NCBI GenBank assembly: GCA_018262985.1
Contig: JADFDI010000009.1
Coordinates: 11,947 to 75,946, forward strand
Length of the DNA stretch: 64,000 bases
DNA from: Spirochaetota bacterium
GTDB lineage: Bacteria > Spirochaetota > Spirochaetia > Treponematales > UBA12059
Direction of reading: 5' to 3'
In this document: positions 37,090-46,928 of the stretch, one piece after another
Layout: every line of letters starts with the position of its first letter
How positions within the stretch are numbered: the first letter of the stretch is position 1
Notes under the pieces: model-generated
What the model was told of the DNA's origin: nothing
The model's input: only the letters and a program-made list of their open reading frames with translations
The model's database searches: none
Made by a program: the position numbers and the translations under genes

Positions 37090-38301
37090 TCAGGTCCTCA
37101 GGGAATCGAGCGCGGTCTTGAGCCGCGCCATGCCGCGCGCGCACTCGTCGGTCGAGCAGGAGTAGGCCATGCGGAGGTAGCCTTCGCCCGAGGTGCCGAA
37201 GATGCTGCCGGTGACGGCGGCGATGCCGTGCTCCTCGATCAGCCAGTCCGCGAGCTCGCTCGACTTCTTCCCGAAGGCCGAGACGTCGGCGAAGACGTAG
37301 AAGGCGCCGAGCGGGTCGGGCACCTTGACGCCCTCGATGGCCCTGAGGCCCTCGAGCATGATGCTCCTGCGCTTGCGGAACTCGGAGACCATGTCGTCGA
37401 CGCACTTCTGGTCCGCCGTGAGCGCCGCGACGGCGCCGTGCTGGATGAAGGTGTTGACGCAGACGGTGGTGTACTGGCGGGCCTTGTAGACGGCCTTGGT
37501 GATCTCCTCGCTGGCTACGGTCCAGCCGAGGCGCCAGCCGTCCATCGAGTAGGTCTTGGAGAAGCCGTTGATGATGACGGTGCGTTCGGCCATGCCGGGG
37601 ATCGAGTAGATGCTCGGGGAAACGCGCCCGTCGCCGTAGAAGATGCGCGCGTAGATCTCGTCGGAGAAGACTAGGAGGTCGTGCTTGACCGCCACCTTGG
37701 CGAGGGCCTCGAGGGTTTCGCGCTTCTGCACCGCGCCGGTCGGATTGCCGGGGCTCGTGATGCAGAGCGCCCGGGTCCTCGGCGTGACGCGCTTCTCAAC
37801 CTCGGCCGCGTCGAGCTGGAAGTCGTCCTCGCCGCGCGTGGGCACCTCGACCGGCACGCCGCCGACCAGGGTGATGATGTGGCGGTAGTTCGGCCAGTTC
37901 GGGTCTGCGATCAGCACCTCGTCGCCCGGGTTGATCAGGGCGAGCGCCGAGGCCATGATGGCCTCGTTGGCTCCGGCGAAGACGATGGCCTGCTTCATGC
38001 CGTCGACCGGAACGCCCGTGTCGAGCTCGGTGCGCGCGGCGATGGCCTTGCGCAGGGCGGGGATGCCGTTGTTCGGCGCGTAGTGCACCTCGCCGCGCTT
38101 CAGGGCCGCGATCGTCGCGTCCTTGATGTGCTCCGGCGTGTCGAAGTCCGGGCGGCCGATCTGCCAGTGGATGACGTCGCGGCCGGCGGCTTCGAGCTCG
38201 TGCACCTTGTCGTTCACCCGGCGGATGCCGGAGAGCTGGACCTTCGCGAGGCGGTCCGCGGCGAACCTGCCGTCGGGCTTGGCGTTTCCGTTCGTTGACA
38301 T
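37090..38301 (-). CDS. PLP-dependent aminotransferase class I/II
   Basis: GRPDF, NPTG, SDEIY and GFSKTYSMDGWRLG motifs. Confidence 0.9.
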   Translation of the reverse strand: MSTNGNAKPDGRFAADRLAKVQLSGIRRVNDKVHELEAAGRDVIHWQIGRPDFDTPEHIKDATIAALKRGEVHYAPNNGIPALRKAIAARTELDTGVPVDGMKQAIVFAGANEAIMASALALINPGDEVLIADPNWPNYRHIITLVGGVPVEVPTRGEDDFQLDAAEVEKRVTPRTRALCITSPGNPTGAVQKRETLEALAKVAVKHDLLVFSDEIYARIFYGDGRVSPSIYSIPGMAERTVIINGFSKTYSMDGWRLGWTVASEEITKAVYKARQYTTVCVNTFIQHGAVAALTADQKCVDDMVSEFRKRRSIMLEGLRAIEGVKVPDPLGAFYVFADVSAFGKKSSELADWLIEEHGIAAVTGSIFGTSGEGYLRMAYSCSTDECARGMARLKTALDSLRT

Positions 38302-38315
38302 ATCCGCTCCTCCCT

Positions 38316-39935
38316 TTACCTGTGCTTGCGCTGGATGAGTTCGTCGTAGTCGCCGTGCGCGATCTTCGCCTCGACGACCACGGGACCGTCCATGGCGAAG
38401 GCCTTCTCGAGCGCGGCGCGGTACGAGGCCTGGTCGTCCGCCGCGATGACGGGCACCCCGAAAACATAGTCCGAACTCGGGACCTCCGGCTCGTCGAGGT
38501 CGACGCCATAGCCTTCGAAATGCTTCTTGACCTGCTTGAGCCTGATGAGCTCGAGCTTGCGGTCGGCGAGCACGACGAAGACCACGGCGAGCTTCTCGCG
38601 GCGGGCCACGGCGAGCTCGCCGACGTTCATGAGGAAGCCGCCGTCTCCCGTGACGCAGGCCACCTTGGTCCGCGGCCGTTCGAGCTTGGCCGCGATGGCC
38701 GCGGGGACGCCGAAGCCCATGGCGGACCAGCCGTTGGTCATGATCTGGAGGCCGGGGGCCGGCGTGCGCCACATCTGGCCGATGAGGTGCGTGTGGGCGC
38801 CGACGTCGCAGGCCATGATGCCGTCGTCGGGCAGGACCTCGCGGAGGATCTTGAGCGCGGCCCGCGCGCCGAAGCTGCCCTCCGGCGGCTCGAAGGCGGC
38901 GAACATGGCCGCCCGGCGCTCGGCCAGGGCCTTCGAGTCCCAGGCGGAGGCGATCGGCTTCAGGGCCTCGAGGCGTTCGAGCGAGGCGCGGACGTTCCCC
39001 ACGGCGTCGAGGACGCGGGGCCAGCGCATGCGGTCGATGTCGGCCGGTACCGAGTCGAGGTGGGCCAGCGTCGCGTCCGGCATCCAGTCCTCGTAGTTGA
39101 ACTCGATGGGATCGTAGCCGACGCCGACGACGAGGTCGGCCTGCAGGTAGGTTTTCGAGACCACGTCGGAGAGCGCGTGGAAGAGGACGCCCGCGTACCA
39201 CTCGTGGTCCTCGGCCAGCATCCCCTTGGCCATGGGAGTCAGCACCACCGGGACGCGGTGCTTCTCGGCGACGCGCCGTACCAGGTCGGCGACGCCTGAG
39301 CGGACCGCCGAAAGCCCCACGGCGAGGAGGGGCTTCGAGGCGAGCGAGAAGAGCCTTTCGAGGTCCGCGAGGTCCTCCGGGGCCGCGGCGGGCACGGGGG
39401 CCGGAACGGGCAGGCGGAAGGGGCGGAAGCTCTCGGGGGCGGGCCTGGCGCCCAGGTCCTCGGGCAGGCCGAGGTGCACGGGACCGGGCATCTCGGAGAC
39501 GGCGATGTTCACCGCCTTGAGGAGCTCCTGGTCGACGCGGTCGGGCGCCAGGCGGGTCGTGTACTTGGTGAGCGGGCGGAAGAGGGCCTGCTGGTCGACC
39601 GCCATCTGCACCGTGCGGCCGATCATGGGCTCCGGCGGCTCGCTCGAGAGCGCGATGACGGGCGAGCGGTCGAACAGGGCCCCGCCGACGCCGGTCGAGA
39701 GGTTCGTGGCGCCGGGGCCGACGGTGCCGTAACAGGCGCCCGGGACGCCCGAGAGGCGGGCCGTGACGTCCGCCATCACGCCGGCCGCGCCTTCGTTCGA
39801 GACCAGCACGAAGTCGACGTCGGATTTTCGCATCGCTTCCATATAGTAGAGCCAGGATCCGCTCGGGACGCCGAAAACCCGCCGTATGCCGAGTTCCTTG
39901 AAACGTTGGATGATATGTTCGGCCACGTTCGACAT
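38316..39935 (-). CDS. ThDP-dependent enzyme, acetolactate-synthase-like
   Basis: FGVP, NEGAA, GPGATN, PGPVHL and GDGGFLM motifs. Confidence 0.88.
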   Translation of the reverse strand: MSNVAEHIIQRFKELGIRRVFGVPSGSWLYYMEAMRKSDVDFVLVSNEGAAGVMADVTARLSGVPGACYGTVGPGATNLSTGVGGALFDRSPVIALSSEPPEPMIGRTVQMAVDQQALFRPLTKYTTRLAPDRVDQELLKAVNIAVSEMPGPVHLGLPEDLGARPAPESFRPFRLPVPAPVPAAAPEDLADLERLFSLASKPLLAVGLSAVRSGVADLVRRVAEKHRVPVVLTPMAKGMLAEDHEWYAGVLFHALSDVVSKTYLQADLVVGVGYDPIEFNYEDWMPDATLAHLDSVPADIDRMRWPRVLDAVGNVRASLERLEALKPIASAWDSKALAERRAAMFAAFEPPEGSFGARAALKILREVLPDDGIMACDVGAHTHLIGQMWRTPAPGLQIMTNGWSAMGFGVPAAIAAKLERPRTKVACVTGDGGFLMNVGELAVARREKLAVVFVVLADRKLELIRLKQVKKHFEGYGVDLDEPEVPSSDYVFGVPVIAADDQASYRAALEKAFAMDGPVVVEAKIAHGDYDELIQRKHR

Positions 39936-40020
39936 GGTGCCTCCCCTGCGCCTTGCCGCCGCGCGGAGTTCCGCGGTCGGCGTGGCGCGTCCCCCGGGTG
40001 TACCCGGGGCTCAATAAACC

Positions 40021-40062
40021 CTATATCCTATATTATATAGCATAACTTTCCGGGGATGGCAA
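40021..40062 (-). promoter_or_regulatory. Promoter and heptad operator of the ThDP operon
   Basis: CTATATC CTATAT-T-ATATAG overlaps the -10; TTGCCA at 40062-40057. Confidence 0.7.
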
Positions 40063-40175
40063 GCAAAGAATCGGAACGAAGGCGGCCAGATTCCGGAGAG
40101 GCCCGGGCAGGGCGGGATTCCGCCCCTCCCGCGACGCCTTCATATCCAAGTAGGCTAAAACGTGGTACTCTCATG

Positions 40176-40188
40176 CTATATCATATAG
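40176..40188. promoter_or_regulatory. Operator upstream of gntR
   Basis: Palindrome CTATAT-C-ATATAG. Confidence 0.65.
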
Positions 40189-40221
40189 GATGCACTTTTC
40201 CAGAAAGGCGGTTCCCGGGCC

Positions 40222-40884
40222 ATGAAGAAGATCGTCAACCTCTCCATGCGCGAGCAGATCTACGAGGCCCTCAAGGGCATGATCCTCGACAACAAGTACG
40301 AACCGAAGACCGTGCTGGCCATCGACCGCCTGGCGGAGGAATTCGGGGTAAGCGCCACGCCGGTGCGCGAGGCCCTGGTGCGGCTCGAGGCCGAGAACCT
40401 GGTCGAACTGATTCCCAACAAGGGGGCGCGGGTCACTGGCATCAGCGCCGACGACGTGCGGAGCATCTGGGAGCTCCGCCGGCTTCTCGAACCCTACGCG
40501 GCCCGGATGAGCGCCGCCTCGATAGACCGGGCCGAGCTGGCCGCACTCGAGGCCGATATAAGGAAGCTCGCGGCTTCGCCGAACGACGACGAGCTCTACG
40601 TCGGCACCGACACCAGGCTCCACGAGCTGCTCTATTCCCGCGTGGAGAACGCGATGCTCAAGGACATGATCCACCGCGTCCACCTGATGTCGCACCGCAT
40701 CCGCTTCTTCGCGGAGCACAGCCCCGAGCTGCACGAGAAGGTCGTCCACGACGTCATCGCGGAACACCTCGAGATACTCGAGGCGGTGCGCAAGGGCGAC
40801 CCGGAGCAGGCCGGCGTCCTGCTCCGCCAGCACCTGGAGAACGGAGAGCGGCGCACCCTGTCCGCCCTCAGGCTCGAGCGCTGA
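40222..40884 (+). CDS. GntR/FCD-family regulator
   Basis: LAEEFGVSATPVREAL wHTH; FCD domain ending EHLEIL. Confidence 0.93.
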   Translation: MKKIVNLSMREQIYEALKGMILDNKYEPKTVLAIDRLAEEFGVSATPVREALVRLEAENLVELIPNKGARVTGISADDVRSIWELRRLLEPYAARMSAASIDRAELAALEADIRKLAASPNDDELYVGTDTRLHELLYSRVENAMLKDMIHRVHLMSHRIRFFAEHSPELHEKVVHDVIAEHLEILEAVRKGDPEQAGVLLRQHLENGERRTLSALRLER

Positions 40885-40963
40885 ACGCCTCGGGCCGTTC
40901 CCTCGCGATTTTGGCGCGCGCGGCGAGCTGGCAACCGGACGGCCTTTCCGCGAGCATTTTTAC

Positions 40964-41017
40964 TTGCAGGCGTAAAAGTGTCGTGCTACACTCGATGATA
41001 TAGGATATAGGATATAA
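40964..41017 (+). promoter_or_regulatory. TRAP promoter with triple heptad operator
   Basis: TTGCAG-17-TACACT, then GATATAG GATATAG GATATAA (40997-41017). Confidence 0.75.
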
Positions 41018-41099
41018 TTCTTTAGAGAATTACTCCTGTACCTCGGATCGATGCCGCCCGTAGGGCGGGGCCATCCGAACGCTCATGCGAGGTGTTGCC

Positions 41100-43064
41100 G
41101 TGAAGAAGAAACCGGAGACCTTGGCGCAAGGCGAGAACATCGTCGAAGTCGCCGAGAAGATCATCGAGCAGAAGGAGGTGGAGTCGCGCTGGCGCAAGGG
41201 CCTCGGCTCCACCTGGAAGATCATCATCGCGGCGATCTCGGTAGTCTTCATCGGCTACCACCTGTTCACGTCGCGCTTCGGCATGCCCGAGACCATCAAG
41301 CACCGCGCCATCCACGTGGGCTTCATCCTCGTGCTCGCCTTCCTCTACTTCCCCGCGCACCGCAAGTCGCCGAAAGGCAGGCCGAGCTGGTTCGACGTGG
41401 GACTAGCCGTCGTCTCGGCCGCGGCCACCGTCTACACGGTCCTGAGCCGCGACGCCTTCACCGCTCGCGCGGGCGTCGCCGTCTGGCACAACATCTGGGT
41501 GGGCGGGCTCTACACGCTGCTCGTGCTCGAAGCGTGCCGGCGCGCGGTCGGCAACCAGCTGCTGATCCTGGCGGGCCTCTTCCTGCTCTACGCGGCCTTC
41601 GGCCGCTACGTGCCCGGCGTGCTTTCGCACCGCGGCTACTCGCTCGAGCGCATCATCTACATGATGTACATGACCGGCCAGGGCATCTTCGGCATGCCGA
41701 TCGGCGTGTCGTCCACCTACCTGATCATCTTCGTGGTGCTCGGCGCCATGCTCGACAAGAGCGGGCTTTCGAAGCTCTTCAACGACACCGCCATGTCGGT
41801 CGGCGGCCGCTTCACCGGCGGGCCGGCCAAGGTGTCCGTCATCGCCAGCGCGCTCATCGGCATGATCCAGGGCTCCGCCGCCACCAACGTGGCCACCACC
41901 GGCGCCTTCACCATCCCGCTCATGAAGAAGGTCGGCTACAAGCCCGCCTTCGCCGGCGCGGTCGAGGCCGCCGCCTCGACGGGCGGCCAGTTCATGCCGC
42001 CCATCATGGGCTCGGTCGCCTTCATCATGGCCGAGTTCGTCGGCGTGCCCTACCTGACCATCGCCACGGCCGCCTTCATTCCCGCCGTGCTCTATTTCGC
42101 CGCCGTCTTCTTCCAGATCGACCTCCGCGCCCGCTCCCTGGGGCTCAAAGGCATCGGCAAGGAGGAAATGCCCGACACGAAGTCCACCGTGCTCCGCTAC
42201 GGCCACATGATCATTCCGATCGGCGTGCTCCTCTGGCTGCTCTTCCAGGGCCGCACCCCGCTCTACGCCGCCTTCTACACCGTCGTCGCCACCGCGGTCC
42301 TCTCGTGGATGCGCAAGGAGACCCGGATCGACCACAAGGTGCTCAAGGACGTGGCCGTCAACTCCGCGCGCTCGAGCATCTCCATCGGCGTGGCCATGGC
42401 CAACGCGGGCTTCGTGGTGGCGGTGCTCTCGATGACCGGCATCGGCGCCATCCTGGCCGACAACATCGTCGCGCTCTCGCAGGGCCGGCTCTGGATCGCC
42501 CTCGTCCTCAGCATGGTCGTCTCGATCATCCTCGGCATGGGCCTGCCGACCTCGGCCTGCTACGTCATCGCGGCGTCCATCACGGTGCCGATCCTGACCA
42601 AGATGGGCGTGCCCCTCTTCCAGGCGCACTTCTTCACCCTCTACTACGCCGCGCTCTCCACCATCACGCCGCCCGTGGCCCTGGCCGCCTACGTCGGCGC
42701 CGGCATGGCGGGCGCCAAGCCGAACGAGGTGGGCTGGATCGCCTTCCGCCTGGCCCTGGCCGGTTTCATCGTGCCCTTCTTCTTCATCTACGCCCCCGAG
42801 ATGATCCTCATCTCCGACTCGGCCTGGGCCATCGTGCTCTCCGCCCTGTCGGGCCTGGCCGGCGTGTTCCTGCTCGCCACCGCCATCGAGGGCTACTTCC
42901 TCATGAAGCTGCCGATCTACCTGCGGGCCATCGCCCTCGTGGCCGCGGTCCTGCTCCTCATCCCGGGTTGGGAGACCGACCTGATCGGCCTCGGCCTCGC
43001 GGCGCTCGGCACCCTGGGGATCCTGCTCATGAAGTCCCGCGGGAAGGTCGTCCCGGCCTCCTGA
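41100..43064 (+). CDS. TAXI-type TRAP fused permease
   Basis: GGPAKVSV, STGGQFMPPIMG, GMGLPT and ITPPVALAAY motifs. Confidence 0.93.
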   Translation: MKKKPETLAQGENIVEVAEKIIEQKEVESRWRKGLGSTWKIIIAAISVVFIGYHLFTSRFGMPETIKHRAIHVGFILVLAFLYFPAHRKSPKGRPSWFDVGLAVVSAAATVYTVLSRDAFTARAGVAVWHNIWVGGLYTLLVLEACRRAVGNQLLILAGLFLLYAAFGRYVPGVLSHRGYSLERIIYMMYMTGQGIFGMPIGVSSTYLIIFVVLGAMLDKSGLSKLFNDTAMSVGGRFTGGPAKVSVIASALIGMIQGSAATNVATTGAFTIPLMKKVGYKPAFAGAVEAAASTGGQFMPPIMGSVAFIMAEFVGVPYLTIATAAFIPAVLYFAAVFFQIDLRARSLGLKGIGKEEMPDTKSTVLRYGHMIIPIGVLLWLLFQGRTPLYAAFYTVVATAVLSWMRKETRIDHKVLKDVAVNSARSSISIGVAMANAGFVVAVLSMTGIGAILADNIVALSQGRLWIALVLSMVVSIILGMGLPTSACYVIAASITVPILTKMGVPLFQAHFFTLYYAALSTITPPVALAAYVGAGMAGAKPNEVGWIAFRLALAGFIVPFFFIYAPEMILISDSAWAIVLSALSGLAGVFLLATAIEGYFLMKLPIYLRAIALVAAVLLLIPGWETDLIGLGLAALGTLGILLMKSRGKVVPAS

Positions 43065-43198
43065 TCCGGGAATCCGTCCCGGGAGCGCCCGCGAGGGCCT
43101 TCCGGGGCGGCGTCGCCGTTTTTGGAATCCGGACCGTCCCGGTGGACGGTCCTTCAGGAAAGGAAAGTCCCGCCCGCGGGCGGAACGAGGAGGACCAT

Positions 43199-44206
43199 GT
43201 GAACAGGCTTCTTTCGAAGGCGGGCTTCGCGCTCGCGATCGTCGCCGTCGTCGCGCTGGCCGCGTCGTGCGCGCCGAAGGCCGAGGGCGCGGCGAGCTCC
43301 GCCGCCCCGACGTCGATCCGGCACATCACCATGGGCACCGCGGGCGTCGGCGGCACCAACTACCCGACCGGCATCGCCATGAGCGCCCTTTGGAACGCGA
43401 ACATCCCCGGCGTGAAGGCCGTGGCCATCGCCACCAACGGCAGCCCGCACAACATCGACCTCTTGCGCACCAAGGACGCGGACGTGGCCGTCTGCCGCTC
43501 GCTCGAGGCGTACCGCGCCCTGAACGGCGTCGAGCCCTATCCCGAGAAGATGCCCTGGATGCGCTCGCTCACCGGCGGCCTCTTCTCCGACGTGTTCCAG
43601 GTCGTGGCCACCAAGGATTCCGGCATCAAGAACATCGCCGACTTCCGCGGCAAGCGCATCGTGGTCGGTCCCGTCGGCTCCGGCGGCGAGGTCGACGCCC
43701 GCGAGACCCTCGCGGCCTACGGCATGACCTACGACGACATCAAGCCGAGCTTCGTCGAATTCGCCCAGGGCATCGAGATGATGCAGGACGGCCTGGTCGA
43801 CGGCGGCATCATCGGCCTCGCGCTCGGCGCCGCGGCCATGCAGGAGCTCCTGCTCGAGGGCGACGTCGTGATGCTCCCCATCAGCGACGAAGCCCTGGCC
43901 AAGCTCAAGGAAAAGAACCAGTTCTACATCCGCCGCACCATCCCGGCCAACATCTACCCGAACCAGGACTACTCGGTCGAGACCGTCGGCACTCCGCCCG
44001 ACATCATCATCGTCCGCGCGGACATGGAAGAGGACCTGGTCTACAAGATGACCAAGACCCTCTACGAGAACCTGCCGGCCGTCCACGCGGTCTCGGCGCT
44101 CCTGACCCAGTTCACGAAGGATCTCGTCCTCGCCGACGACCAGATGCTCGTGCCCTACCACCCGGGCGCCCGCAAGTACTTCGTCGAGCAGGGCTGGCTC
44201 AAGTAA
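43199..44206 (+). CDS. TAXI TRAP solute-binding lipoprotein
   Basis: Lipobox AASC; GTAGVGGTNY, TNGS..N and PYHPGARKYF motifs. Confidence 0.92.
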   Translation: MNRLLSKAGFALAIVAVVALAASCAPKAEGAASSAAPTSIRHITMGTAGVGGTNYPTGIAMSALWNANIPGVKAVAIATNGSPHNIDLLRTKDADVAVCRSLEAYRALNGVEPYPEKMPWMRSLTGGLFSDVFQVVATKDSGIKNIADFRGKRIVVGPVGSGGEVDARETLAAYGMTYDDIKPSFVEFAQGIEMMQDGLVDGGIIGLALGAAAMQELLLEGDVVMLPISDEALAKLKEKNQFYIRRTIPANIYPNQDYSVETVGTPPDIIIVRADMEEDLVYKMTKTLYENLPAVHAVSALLTQFTKDLVLADDQMLVPYHPGARKYFVEQGWLK

Positions 44207-44290
44207 AATACCGTCGCAGCTTCCCCGGCGCGCGGCCAACCACCCGCGCGCTCCGGGGAACGCCCGCCGTACGCGACGGCTTCGGTACCG

Positions 44291-44334
44291 AAAGGGGGAG
44301 TCCCGCCCAGGCGGGGCTCCCCCTCCTTTTTTTT
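44291..44334 (+). terminator. Intrinsic terminator
   Basis: GGGGGAGTCCCGC...GCGGGGCTCCCCC followed by T8. Confidence 0.85.
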
Positions 44335-44363
44335 AATTGCGGAGCGGTCGGGCCTCGGGCGCG

Positions 44364-44425
44364 CCGGCGCTGCCAGGGCGCGGCCGGCGGACGGACGGGC
44401 GCGGACCGGCGCTGCCAGGGCGCGG
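44364..44425. repeat. 20-bp direct repeat
   Basis: CCGGCGCTGCCAGGGCGCGG at 44364 and 44406. Confidence 0.75.
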
Positions 44426-44544
44426 GCCGGGGCGAGCGGGCACTCAGGCGGGCGGGCGCGGAGACGTCGCGGCGCGCCGCCGTCCGCGGGTTCCGCTCGA
44501 CAGCCCGAGCCTCCGCGTCCTACCATGGGCGCATGGAGGACGCC

Positions 44545-46056
44545 ATGAACGCGAACGAGCTCGGCGCGCCGGAAGCCCTGTGGGAAGCCTTCTTCGAACT
44601 CTGCGCCGTGCCGCGACCCTCGCGCCACGAGGAAGCCGCCGCCGAGTGGGCGCTCGGACGCGCGCGGAAGGCCGGGCTCGAGGCCCGGCGCGACGCGGCC
44701 GGCAACGTCCTGGCGCGGAAGCCCGCCCGTCCGGGACGCGGGGGGGCGCCCCTCGTCATACTGCAGGCCCACCTCGACATGGTGCCGCAGAAGGCCGAGG
44801 GCTCGGCGCACGACTTCCTCCGCGACGCGATAGTCCCGCGGCTCGATCCGGACGATCCGGACTGGCTCCGCGCCACGGGGACCACGCTCGGCGCCGACGA
44901 CGGCATCGGGGTGGCCGCCGCCTTCGCCCTCCTCGAGGACCGAGGGCTCGACCACGGTCCGATCGACGCCCTCTTCACCGTGAACGAGGAGAGCGGCATG
45001 TCCGGCGCCCGCGGCGTCGAAAGCGCCTTCCTGGGTGGGGATCTGCTCGTGAACCTGGACGGCGAAAAACTGGACGAGATCTGCGTCGGCAGCGCGACCG
45101 GCCAGCGCATGTCCTTCCGGCTCGAGGCCGGCGCGGACCGGACGCGCCGGGTGGCGCCGGGCGAGATTTTCGTCCGCGCCGGTATTTCAGGCCTGCGCGG
45201 CGGGCACTCGGGCGGCGACATCCACCTCGGGCGCGCGAACGCCATCACCGAGCTCGCGCGCCTGGTCGCGGGGGCGGCGCGGGTTCATGGCGCGCGGCTC
45301 GTCTCAATCGAGGGCGGCTCGGTGCCGAACGCCATTCCCCGCGAGGCGCGCGCCGTGCTGGCGCTCGAAGCGGGCCGCGCCGACGGCTTCGAGGCCGGCC
45401 TGGCCGCTGCGGCCGCGGAGCTCCGCGGCCGCTTCGGGACGGCCGAGCCCGGACTGAGGGTCGCCGTGGAGCGCGTCGGGCTTCAGGACCTGGGCACCGC
45501 GCCGCCGCCGGCCTTCGACGCGGAAACCGGAGGGCGCTTCCTCGAGGCGCTCGCGGCCGCGCCGGACGGGCTCGCTTCGATGATGCACGGCATGGACGAC
45601 GTGGCGCGGCTCTCGTCGAACATCGGCCTCGTCCGGAGCGCCGCGACCGGGGACGGGCGCCTCGTCGCGGACGGCATGCTGTTGGCGCGCGGTGCCTACG
45701 AGGACGAGCTCGACGGGCTCTGCGACGGCATCGCGCGCGCCCTCGAGGCGGGCGGCTGCTCGGTCGAGCGCGTCGCGCGCACCTCCGGCTGGGCGCCCGA
45801 TCACGGGAGCCCCCTGCTCGCGGCCGCGCGCGAAGCCTGGACGGAGGCGCTCGGCGCGGAACCCGAGGCGCGGGCCACGCACGGCGGCCTCGAGTGCGGG
45901 CTCCTGCGCGCCGCGCGCCCGACCCTGGACATGATCTCCGCGGGGCCGGACATCCGCTTCCCGCACTCGCCGGACGAGGCGGTCCGGATAGCCTCGGTGG
46001 CGCGCTTTTACGCGGCGCTCCGCGCCCTGGTGGAAAAGCTGGCGCGGCGGACCTGA
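44545..46056 (+). CDS. pepD: Aminoacyl-histidine dipeptidase (M20C)
   Basis: LQAHLDMV, TTLGADDG, GGHSG, HGGLECG and HSPDE motifs. Confidence 0.9.
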   Translation: MNANELGAPEALWEAFFELCAVPRPSRHEEAAAEWALGRARKAGLEARRDAAGNVLARKPARPGRGGAPLVILQAHLDMVPQKAEGSAHDFLRDAIVPRLDPDDPDWLRATGTTLGADDGIGVAAAFALLEDRGLDHGPIDALFTVNEESGMSGARGVESAFLGGDLLVNLDGEKLDEICVGSATGQRMSFRLEAGADRTRRVAPGEIFVRAGISGLRGGHSGGDIHLGRANAITELARLVAGAARVHGARLVSIEGGSVPNAIPREARAVLALEAGRADGFEAGLAAAAAELRGRFGTAEPGLRVAVERVGLQDLGTAPPPAFDAETGGRFLEALAAAPDGLASMMHGMDDVARLSSNIGLVRSAATGDGRLVADGMLLARGAYEDELDGLCDGIARALEAGGCSVERVARTSGWAPDHGSPLLAAAREAWTEALGAEPEARATHGGLECGLLRAARPTLDMISAGPDIRFPHSPDEAVRIASVARFYAALRALVEKLARRT

Positions 46057-46209
46057 GGCGCTCCCGCGGGACTCCGCCGGCGGCGGCGCCGCGGGGCCGC
46101 CGCCCGAGTGAAATGGAAGCGGCCGCCCTCGGATGGCGGCCGCTCGAGAGGGTGCGGGGGTGGAAGGCGAGGCCCCGCGGGGGCGGGGAACCCCCTTTCC
46201 CCCCGGATC

Positions 46210-46815
46210 CTAGAAGCGGTAGCCGAGCGCGACCTGCACCGACGAGTAGCGGAGCGTGTCGCGCAGGTCGGAGAGCAGGGTGTAATCGCCCGCGAAGCGG
46301 GACTCCGCGTACGCGAGGTCCGCGAAGAGCCCCTGGCCGAGCTTGATGGTGAGGCCCGCGGACCAGTCGACGCCGACGCCGTAGGAGTCGTAGCCCGCCG
46401 CGTCCTTGAAGGCCTGGTTCGGCAGGGTTACCGCGAGACCGACGCGGCCCATCGGGCCCATGGTGATGCCTTCGATCTCGAGCGGCAGGCGGACCGTGGC
46501 GTACGGGGCGAGGAAGGCGAGGCTCCGGCCGGCGGCGCCGACGTCGCGGGGCAGTTGGAAGGCGAGCCCGCCGCCGACGAGCAGGAAGCGCTCGACCTCG
46601 AGCGTGTACTCGACCGAAAGGTCGAAGCCCACGCCCTCGTCCCAGACGACGTCAGGCGGATCGTAGGACGTGACGGTGCCGTCGGCGAGGATTTCCGTGG
46701 AGAGCGTGGCGAGCCCGCCTTCCAGGTCCAGGCCGACGCGGACGGCGAGCTGGGCGGAAGCGGCGGCGGCGAAGAGGACGGCGAAGGCCGCGAGCGCGGC
46801 GGTTTTGCGGTTCAT
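46210..46815 (-). CDS. Small outer-membrane beta-barrel protein
   Basis: Signal peptide, amphipathic strands, C-terminal LGYRF. Confidence 0.75.
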   Translation of the reverse strand: MNRKTAALAAFAVLFAAAASAQLAVRVGLDLEGGLATLSTEILADGTVTSYDPPDVVWDEGVGFDLSVEYTLEVERFLLVGGGLAFQLPRDVGAAGRSLAFLAPYATVRLPLEIEGITMGPMGRVGLAVTLPNQAFKDAAGYDSYGVGVDWSAGLTIKLGQGLFADLAYAESRFAGDYTLLSDLRDTLRYSSVQVALGYRF

Positions 46816-46928
46816 GTCTCGTTCCTCCGGCCCCGATGGTAGGGCGGCGGACGGACCCGCGTCAACCGGAGCGAGCGGTTCCGCATATCGCGCTTGCGGA
46901 TACGGCCGGCGCGGGATACCATTCGGCC

